43,446 nucleotides of DNA from Candidatus Moraniibacteriota bacterium (GTDB taxonomy: Bacteria; Patescibacteriota; Minisyncoccia; Moranbacterales; GCA-2747515), in assembly GCA_018401135.1 (NCBI GenBank), contig JAGYLL010000003.1, positions 1 through 43,446 of the forward strand, written 5' to 3'. The notes below the pieces were generated by a model. That model had not been told where the DNA came from, ran no database searches, and was given only the letters and a program-made list of their open reading frames with translations. Of this stretch, positions 36,912 through 43,446 are shown piece after piece. The number at the start of each line of letters is the position of its first letter. The stretch's first letter is position 1. The translations under genes were made by a program, and so were the position numbers.

Positions 36912-38243
36912 TTCTCGTATAAGCGCGAGAACTTCTTTTGTTTTTTCTTCCATCATTTCTTTTGTCTTTGCTTCGAGATTGAGACGAAGAACAGGCTCAG
37001 TATTAGAAGGTCGAACATTCATCCACCAATCATTGAATCGTATTTTTATACCATCAAGCTCAGAAAGCTCTCCTTCGCTATAGTGATTTTTGAGTTTTTC
37101 CATAATGACATCTTTGTCGGAAACTTCACTGTTGATTTCTCCGCTATGCCAATACCGTCTGAGATGAGAAACAAGCTCAGAAAGAGGCTTTCCTGTTTGT
37201 GCCATAAGATTGAGAAGGGTAAATGTTGCAAGTGTTGGAGCTTCCCCGTTTTTATTGGCTTGGAAATAATAATGCCCAGAAAGCTCTCCAGCAAAGAGGG
37301 CGTTTTCTTGTGCCATTTGTTGTTTTATAAATGCATGTCCAACGCGACATTCGTGAGCGATACCACCATATTCTTCTATAGTTTCTTTTACCGCATCAGA
37401 AGAACGAAGATCATAAAGAATAGTAGCTCCTGGATTTTCTTCAAGGAGCACTTGAGCGATAAGTCCCGTAATGAGATCCATAGGAATAACTTCTCCCTTT
37501 TCATCTATAAATCCTACTCGATCAGCATCTCCATCATAGGCAATGCCGATATCAGCCTTTGTTTCTCGTACGGTCTGTTGGAGTTCACGAAGTGTCTCAG
37601 TATTGAGGGGATTAGCTTCATGAGCGGTGTAGGGATGCTCGAGATCACAATAGATTTTTTCAAACGAAAGATTTTCACTATAGCGTTCGTAGAGAGCGAG
37701 ATCCAAAACTCCCATAGTATTGGCACAATCAATAGCTATAGAGAATTTTTTGTTTTGAAAATGAGCAAAGGTTTGGAAATAGGAATAGTAGGCTTCTTTT
37801 ATGTCTTGGGATACAGAGGAACCCTTCTTTTCAGAGGGAATAAAATTTCCTTTGAGTGCTTCATCTCGTATATCGAAAAGTCCAGAAATTTCTCCTACAG
37901 GAACAGCGTTTTTTTTGCAAATTTTTACTCCATTGTACTGAGCTGGATTATGTGATGCTGTTATACAAAGAGCTCCATCGACAGGAAGATGCCAAGAAGA
38001 GAAGTAAAGCATTGGTGTGGTAACCATTCCGATATCGATAACATCACACCCAGCATCATTGATACCGCGAATAAGTTCAGAAAGAAGTGAAGGACCAGAA
38101 GAACGAGCATCTCTTCCTACAGAAACCGTATGAAGTTGAAGAACTTTCACCGTTGCAAAACCGATAGCATAGGCAGATTTTTCATCGATATCAGTTGGAT
38201 ACACGCCACGAACATCATAGGATTTGAATATGGAAGAATTCAT
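36906..38243 (-). CDS. Phosphomannomutase/phosphoglucomutase
   Basis: IFKSYDVRG, TASHNP, DGDADR, GELSGH, RPSNTEP; true start at ATG 38243 (longer ORF overlaps ychF). Confidence 0.95.
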   Translation of the reverse strand: MNSSIFKSYDVRGVYPTDIDEKSAYAIGFATVKVLQLHTVSVGRDARSSGPSLLSELIRGINDAGCDVIDIGMVTTPMLYFSSWHLPVDGALCITASHNPAQYNGVKICKKNAVPVGEISGLFDIRDEALKGNFIPSEKKGSSVSQDIKEAYYSYFQTFAHFQNKKFSIAIDCANTMGVLDLALYERYSENLSFEKIYCDLEHPYTAHEANPLNTETLRELQQTVRETKADIGIAYDGDADRVGFIDEKGEVIPMDLITGLIAQVLLEENPGATILYDLRSSDAVKETIEEYGGIAHECRVGHAFIKQQMAQENALFAGELSGHYYFQANKNGEAPTLATFTLLNLMAQTGKPLSELVSHLRRYWHSGEINSEVSDKDVIMEKLKNHYSEGELSELDGIKIRFNDWWMNVRPSNTEPVLRLNLEAKTKEMMEEKTKEVLALIREK

Positions 38244-38334
38244 ATCTTTGTAAAAATAAATTATTTCCTTTATAGTACCATAGTAATGAATATTTTTGAA
38301 TACGAGAAGTTTATAAAGTAATTTTTGTACGTAT

Positions 38335-39378
38335 ATGGCACTCAAAGTTGGAATTGTGGGACTTCCTAATGTAGGTAAATCAACGCTTTTCAAAGCACTT
38401 ACCAAAAACCCTGTAGATATTAACAATTATCCTTTTTGCACGATTGATCCCAATGTCGGTGTCGTGAAAGTTCCAGATGATCGATTGGAGAAACTCTCTC
38501 AAATGTCTGAAAGTAAAAAGACCATTCCCGCTGTTGTGGAATTTGTGGATATTGCTGGATTAGTGAAAGGGGCTTCTCAAGGAGAAGGACTAGGAAACGC
38601 TTTCCTTGCTCATATTCGTGAAGTAGATGCCATTGTTCATGTTGTCAGAGTCTTTGATGATAGTAAAATTATTCATGTCGATGGAAGTATCGATCCTCAT
38701 CGAGATAGGGAAACGATTATCACGGAGCTTATGCTTGCAGATATGTCTACTATCGTAAAGCACACCGATCGTCTCGAAAAACTCGCTCGAGGAGGGGATA
38801 AAGAGGCAACGAGATCACTTTCTTTGGCAAAGAGATTACGAGAGGCACTCGAAGCAGGAAATGTCGCATCAAGTGTTTCTGTAAGCGAAGAAGAAAAACC
38901 CTTGCTTCGAGGATTTTCTCTTCTTACTTCAAAACCTGTTATCTATGTTTTCAATGTCAATAACCTAGAACAAGAAATTTCCCAAGAGTTTCAAAATCTC
39001 GACTATGTAAAAATTGATATTAAAATGGAGGAAGAGCTTTTGGATATGAGTAAGGAGGAAATGAAAGAGTTGGAATTAGAAACAGGACTTGATGATTTGA
39101 TACGCAAGGCCTATCAAGTTTTGGGACTCATAACTTTTCTTACTACAGGAGAACAAGAAAGTCGTGCATGGACAATCAAACGAGGCTCTACTGCACCTGA
39201 GGCAGGATCAGCTATTCATAATGATTTCAAAGAACGTTTTATCAGAGCGGAAATTATTGGATGGGAAGAACTTTTGGAAGCATCTTCTTGGTCAAAGGCT
39301 AAAGAGCTAGGAAAAGTCCGAACAGAAGGAAAAGAATATATTGTTCAAGATGGTGATGTCGTTATATTTAAAGTATAA
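38335..39378 (+). CDS. ychF: Redox-regulated ATPase YchF
   Basis: GIVGLPNVGKST, NYPFCTIDPN, DIAGLVKGASQGEGLGN, TGS domain EGKEYIVQDGD. Confidence 0.97.
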   Translation: MALKVGIVGLPNVGKSTLFKALTKNPVDINNYPFCTIDPNVGVVKVPDDRLEKLSQMSESKKTIPAVVEFVDIAGLVKGASQGEGLGNAFLAHIREVDAIVHVVRVFDDSKIIHVDGSIDPHRDRETIITELMLADMSTIVKHTDRLEKLARGGDKEATRSLSLAKRLREALEAGNVASSVSVSEEEKPLLRGFSLLTSKPVIYVFNVNNLEQEISQEFQNLDYVKIDIKMEEELLDMSKEEMKELELETGLDDLIRKAYQVLGLITFLTTGEQESRAWTIKRGSTAPEAGSAIHNDFKERFIRAEIIGWEELLEASSWSKAKELGKVRTEGKEYIVQDGDVVIFKV

Positions 39379-39397
39379 GACTTCTTGTATTCTCTCT

Positions 39398-39793
39398 TAT
39401 TCCGCGCGTAGGCGGGGATCCATTCCGAATCCCTCCGCTCTCTGTTCAAAGAAGACAAAGAAAATACTGGACCCCTCCCGCCACGGCGGGATCACGGGGG
39501 AGGTTTTCTCTTTTATTTTCTCAGGTAGGCGGGGACCCAGTCTTTCTTCTTTTCCTTTGTTAAAAGAGTATTTTGAGCACCCCTCCTTTCTTTTCTCTCT
39601 TTGCCAAAAGAGTATCCCGAGCTTTCTCATCTCTTTTCTCTCTTTGCCAAAAGGGAGTACCCCGAAGGGGGGGGATTCTCTTGATTTCAGACGAAGAAAA
39701 TCCCCCTCAATCCCCCTTTTCCTAAGGGGGAGGAAGAGGATATCTTTTGGCAAGGAGGAGGAAGAGAGGACACCTTTTCTTCAGGGAGAGAAT
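39398..39793. repeat. Cluster of degenerate REP-like palindromic and tandem repeats
   Basis: TTCCGCGCGTAGGCGGGGATCCA and CCCGCCACGGCGGGATCAC palindromic units; identical 21-mer CTTTTCTCTCTTTGCCAAAAG at 39590 and 39633; TCCCCCTT-ttcct-AAGGGGGA hairpin; similarity to the cluster at the window start. Confidence 0.7.
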
Positions 39794-39853
39794 AATGCGA
39801 AGAGGGAAAATTTTCCGAGTTTCTTCCCTTCCACACCTCTTTATTTCCACCAC

Positions 39854-39882
39854 TTGCAAAAAAGGGCTTTTTCTTGTATAAA
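39854..39882 (+). promoter_or_regulatory. Sigma70-type promoter
   Basis: TTGCAA-17 bp-TATAAA upstream of a hairpin (TCACGG-catga-CCGTGA), AGGAG and GTG 39935. Confidence 0.5.
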
Positions 39883-39934
39883 GAGTCGTCACGGCATGAC
39901 CGTGATATAACAGAAAAAACAGGAGTAAATACGC

Positions 39935-40153
39935 GTGAACGCAGTTGAAAGAACTGCAGACTCAAGTTTGGTGGCCAAAACAGCACTCCTCATAGCAGAA
40001 GATAGATATCTTCACATGAAGAGAGAATACAGAAGATGCTCTTCGGCTTGCCAAAAAGGTCTTGAGAAAGAAGATCCAAGCGGAATTGTTTGTTTGTTGG
40101 ATTGGATGGTCCGTTTAAGAGACTCTAGCCAAATGATGGCTATGAAGAAGTAA
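39935..40153 (+). CDS. Small hypothetical protein (72 aa)
   Basis: AGGAG SD 9 nt upstream of GTG, promoter before and terminator after. Confidence 0.5.
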   Translation: MNAVERTADSSLVAKTALLIAEDRYLHMKREYRRCSSACQKGLEKEDPSGIVCLLDWMVRLRDSSQMMAMKK

Positions 40154-40185
40154 ATAAAATCAGCTACTCCCGAAACGTTCCTCTT

Positions 40186-40217
40186 GAGGTATGCTATACA
40201 AACGCATACCCTTTTTT
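40186..40217 (+). terminator. Intrinsic terminator
   Basis: GGTATGC-9 nt-GCATACC followed by CTTTTTT. Confidence 0.65.
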
Positions 40218-40332
40218 ATAAAAGCTTATTTCAATAGAGTTTCTAGAAAATTTTTTCTTTTCCCCGTTTCTTCCTTCCGTCCGCCGCCGTAGCGGAAGGG
40301 GGCCATCCGAAAAAATCGACAAAAAATAAAAA

Positions 40333-43300
40333 ATGAGTATACTAAAAAATATATCATTTGTCTTTACGACGTTTATGACTACGCAGAAGAGTTTCTCGAG
40401 AAAAAAGTACACCTTTTTTCTTTTTTGTATAGTTTTTATGGGTTTGGGTTTTTCTGCAAACCCCATTTTTGCCCAAGAGTATGATCACTTGAAATATAGT
40501 CATATACTTATCGAAGAAGATACGGTATGGAGTGAAAGTTTCGTTCAAGAAGATTTTCGAAAAAATATAGCTATTGTTAACGACGCAACACTTACTATCC
40601 AAGCTGGTACAAAAGTAGAAATAGGAGAACTTTCTGTTTTTGATGGAAGAATTGTAGCACAAGGAACAAAAAACAATCCTATTATCATAACCAAAGGAGC
40701 ATCCCTTCCGCTTACAGAAGATCAAAAAAATTATGATCCAAAATGCTTTCCGTTTAACGAATCTCCAGGAACAATACAATTTTATGATGAACCTCAAACA
40801 TCTGGCGATGAAGAGACCTCCTTTTTTTCCTTTGTTATTTTTCAAAATATGGGGACATCTATACATCACGATGGTATTGGTTGTCCTTTCAATTTAGCAA
40901 AAAATAAATCTTTCTTTCCTTTTATTTCTTCAGTTTTAGCTGGTCCTCCTGTACAGAGAGATATTCCCACGATAGATTTCTTTGACGGACGTTTGTTTAT
41001 GGAAAACGTTTCTTTCCAAAATTCAGCTTTTGCCGATATTCGAGTTGATATATATCCCTATTCTGATGATGAAGAAGATGATGATCAGGTTTTTACTTTT
41101 CTCTCTATTAAAGATTCTAATTTTGAGAAAATGACTTCCTCCAACAAAGCACTTCTTTCAATGAGTGAACTTTCGAATTCCTACCAAAGAGGTTTCTATG
41201 AAAGAATTCACCTTATAAACAATTGGTATGGATCTGAAGATGGTCCCAAAACGACAGAGAATACTGAGACTGAAGGGAAAGAACTCGTAGGTGGATATGT
41301 TTTGGATGGATGGAGTCGAGAGCCTTTTGAAATAGGGGTATGTCCAGAATGTGCTTCCAATATATTTTTCCTCCCAGGCATCAAAGCGAGTAAGCTTTTT
41401 ATGGAGAAAAATGAGAAGGAAGACACTATTTGGCTCCCGACTGTTGGCAGTGATGATGTTGAAAACTTGGCACTTGATGTTGAAGGAAAAAGCAAAGAAA
41501 ATGTCTATACTAATACGGTTATGGAAAGTACGTTCGGTGGTGATATATACAAAACATTTTTCGAAAATCTTACTCAATGGAAAGAAGAAGAGATTATAGG
41601 AGATTTCAATATATTTGCCTATGACTGGAGGAAGAATGTCGAGGACATTGCCAAAAATGGAAATTCCTCTTCTCAAGAAGACATCAAACAAATGGTAGGA
41701 GCAATACAAACATTGAGTCAATCTTCGTTTACGAAAAAAGTTACGATAGTCGCTCATTCCAATGGAGGTCTTCTTGCCAAAGCACTCATTCAAGAGTTGG
41801 AGAGACTACAACAGGCACATTTAATAGAAAAATTCATTTTGGTTGGTTCTCCACAAATAGGAACACCACTCTCTGTGCTTTCTCTTTTCTATGGATATGA
41901 AGAATTTATTCCTTTTCTTCTTTCGCCATCAGACGCTCGAGATCTTGCCAGAAATATGCCGGGTGCGTATGGACTTTTGCCATCACAAACATACTTTGAT
42001 CGTATGGAAGAAAGTTTCATTTCTTTTTCTTCAGAAAATACTCGTTATAAAGATTTTCGAAAAGCGTATGGAGAGAATATTGATTCGTACGAAGAATTCC
42101 TTTCTTTCCTTTCGGGGAAAAAAGATGGTCGGGAAGAACCAAAAAAAGAAAATCTCGAACAAGAGGCAATTCTGAGAGAAAATCTTTTAGCACAAGCCAG
42201 AGAAACACATAGTCGACTTGATGCGTGGAGTCCGCCAGAAACGCTTGATGTTATTCAAATTGCCGGTTGGGGACTGGAAACGATACGTGGTGTGCGCTAT
42301 AGCGAAAAACAAAAAGTTCGATGCTATCCTTCTATGGGAAGTTCTGTTCCTTCTTGTACAGGTGTAGGAGAATATGAACCTGTCTATGAACCTCTGTGGA
42401 CACGGGATGGTGATAAAGTCGTCGTTACTCCAAGTGCGCTTTTTTTGGAGGAATCAGAAAATGTAAAGCGGTATTGGATGAATTTATTTGATAGCGATAC
42501 TATTTTTTCAAGAGAAAAAAATCATAAAGATCTTTTTGAATCAACTTCTGTTTTGGAATTCCTTACCAATACTCTTCAGAAACTTCCTGAAAAAGAACTT
42601 CCCGAATTCATCACTTCCACACGACCCGAAGGTTTTGCAGACGAATCTTCTCGTATACGTGTTTCTCTCCACTCGCCACTCACTCTCCATCTCTATGACC
42701 AGCACGGTCATCACACAGGACGATCAGAAATCTTGTGGGAGGGAGAGAATATACCATCGATAGAAGAGACTATTCCGGGAAGTTCGTATGTTGAGCTGGG
42801 GGAGAGAAAATACCTTCATTTCTCAGGAGGGGAGGAATATAGACTAGAGCTTGTGGGATACGCCCAAGGGACGTATTCTTTGATTGTGGAAGAAATGAGG
42901 GGAGAGGAGATAATTGCGTCCAAACAGTTCACCAATCTTCCCACATCGGACAAGACGACTGTTTCCATCACCATTCCCTCTTCGGGCATAAATACTCTCA
43001 ATACGATCATTTCAGATTATAATGGCAAAGAGGCTGGGGGAGAGTATGTTGCCTATGATGGCGGAGGATATGAAGAAATACAAACAGATACTTCTTCTGT
43101 AAAAACACCCGAAGAAGGTGTTTTTGTGGAGCAAAAAGATTCTTCAGTACCAGTGCAAGAAGATAGTATACAAAAAACCTCTCTTGAGAGTGAAGATGAA
43201 AAAGAAGAAAAAACCAAAAATAATCGTATACAAAAGACGAAGTGTCTTTCTGAAAAGCCCGTAACTTCCATCGATACGCTTTTTCCGAAAGGGATTCCTC

Positions 43301-43446
43301 TCGTACAAGCTTCGTTTGAAACAAGAGAAGAATCCGAATTTTCTCCGATAGCTCCTCTGGAATCTCAAGAGGGGGAAAACGAACAACAGCAAAGAAAAGA
43401 AGAAAGAAAAAAGAGAGAGTGGTGGGGATTACTCCTTGGTGGGGGA
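40333..43446 (+). CDS. Large secreted LCAT/PGAP1-like alpha/beta hydrolase (3' end beyond window)
   Basis: Manually translated frame open for 1038 codons to the window end: signal peptide (..PIFA-QE), FFLPGIKAS, FAYDWR, nucleophile elbow AHSNGG, GSPQIGTP, DGDKVV, NHKDL, then LHSP..LYDQHGHHTG domain, acidic linker and start of a probable TM anchor (KKREWWGLLLGG). Alternative start ATG 40375. Confidence 0.88.
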   Translation, partial: MSILKNISFVFTTFMTTQKSFSRKKYTFFLFCIVFMGLGFSANPIFAQEYDHLKYSHILIEEDTVWSESFVQEDFRKNIAIVNDATLTIQAGTKVEIGELSVFDGRIVAQGTKNNPIIITKGASLPLTEDQKNYDPKCFPFNESPGTIQFYDEPQTSGDEETSFFSFVIFQNMGTSIHHDGIGCPFNLAKNKSFFPFISSVLAGPPVQRDIPTIDFFDGRLFMENVSFQNSAFADIRVDIYPYSDDEEDDDQVFTFLSIKDSNFEKMTSSNKALLSMSELSNSYQRGFYERIHLINNWYGSEDGPKTTENTETEGKELVGGYVLDGWSREPFEIGVCPECASNIFFLPGIKASKLFMEKNEKEDTIWLPTVGSDDVENLALDVEGKSKENVYTNTVMESTFGGDIYKTFFENLTQWKEEEIIGDFNIFAYDWRKNVEDIAKNGNSSSQEDIKQMVGAIQTLSQSSFTKKVTIVAHSNGGLLAKALIQELERLQQAHLIEKFILVGSPQIGTPLSVLSLFYGYEEFIPFLLSPSDARDLARNMPGAYGLLPSQTYFDRMEESFISFSSENTRYKDFRKAYGENIDSYEEFLSFLSGKKDGREEPKKENLEQEAILRENLLAQARETHSRLDAWSPPETLDVIQIAGWGLETIRGVRYSEKQKVRCYPSMGSSVPSCTGVGEYEPVYEPLWTRDGDKVVVTPSALFLEESENVKRYWMNLFDSDTIFSREKNHKDLFESTSVLEFLTNTLQKLPEKELPEFITSTRPEGFADESSRIRVSLHSPLTLHLYDQHGHHTGRSEILWEGENIPSIEETIPGSSYVELGERKYLHFSGGEEYRLELVGYAQGTYSLIVEEMRGEEIIASKQFTNLPTSDKTTVSITIPSSGINTLNTIISDYNGKEAGGEYVAYDGGGYEEIQTDTSSVKTPEEGVFVEQKDSSVPVQEDSIQKTSLESEDEKEEKTKNNRIQKTKCLSEKPVTSIDTLFPKGIPLVQASFETREESEFSPIAPLESQEGENEQQQRKEERKKREWWGLLLGGG

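Noticed and set aside
37083-37955. 290-aa plus-strand ORF
   Set aside because: Antisense shadow of the PMM/PGM gene with no recognisable motifs.
38244-38426. 61-aa N-terminal extension of PMM/PGM
   Set aside because: Overlaps ychF on the opposite strand; family homology starts at MNSSIFKSYDVRG.
39549-39660. Tandem 21-bp repeats as a CRISPR array
   Set aside because: Only two identical copies plus one degenerate copy, spacers about 20 nt and low complexity, no cas genes or leader.
39341-39910. 189-aa and 118-aa ORFs over the repeat cluster
   Set aside because: Low-complexity translations of palindromic repeats; no protein motifs.
40354-43392. Numerous short ORFs listed at the window end
   Set aside because: All are shadows of the long open frame starting at 40333.
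1-43446. UGA-to-Gly recoding (genetic code 25)
   Set aside because: Conserved genes translate full length under code 11 and mraY ends at TGA; the broken genes need frame changes, not UGA readthrough.

Overview
AT-rich (about 35% GC by spot counts) bacterial chromosomal window read with the standard genetic code. Gene content, weak or absent Shine-Dalgarno signals and several lineage-typical hypothetical proteins point to a Patescibacteria/CPR (Parcubacteria, possibly Ca. Moranbacteria-like) genome; this placement is inference. Most of the window is housekeeping: aspS, tyrS, pheST, trpS, infC-rpmI-rplT, scpAB, engB, ychF, cell-envelope genes (mraY, murD, uppS, polyprenyl synthase, DD-carboxypeptidase, WcaJ/WbaP-type phosphotransferase, PMM/PGM), a two-component pair, and three RNA genes (tmRNA, RNase P RNA, tRNA-Glu CTC). 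The most interesting element is a GC-rich, independently transcribed 172-aa gene (25881-26399, minus strand) that looks like a diversity-generating retroelement (DGR) target with a C-terminal variable-repeat-like segment and a downstream hairpin, but with no template repeat or reverse transcriptase in the window. Other points: a >1038-codon secreted LCAT-like lipase ORF missing from the ORF track because it runs off the window end, two frameshifted genes (probably homopolymer errors), a long tmRNA tag, an atypical RNase P RNA, an orphan PurD-like ATP-grasp enzyme, a D-aminoacylase directly upstream of murD, and two related clusters of REP-like palindromic repeats 39 kb apart. No CRISPR array, transposase or prophage was found.
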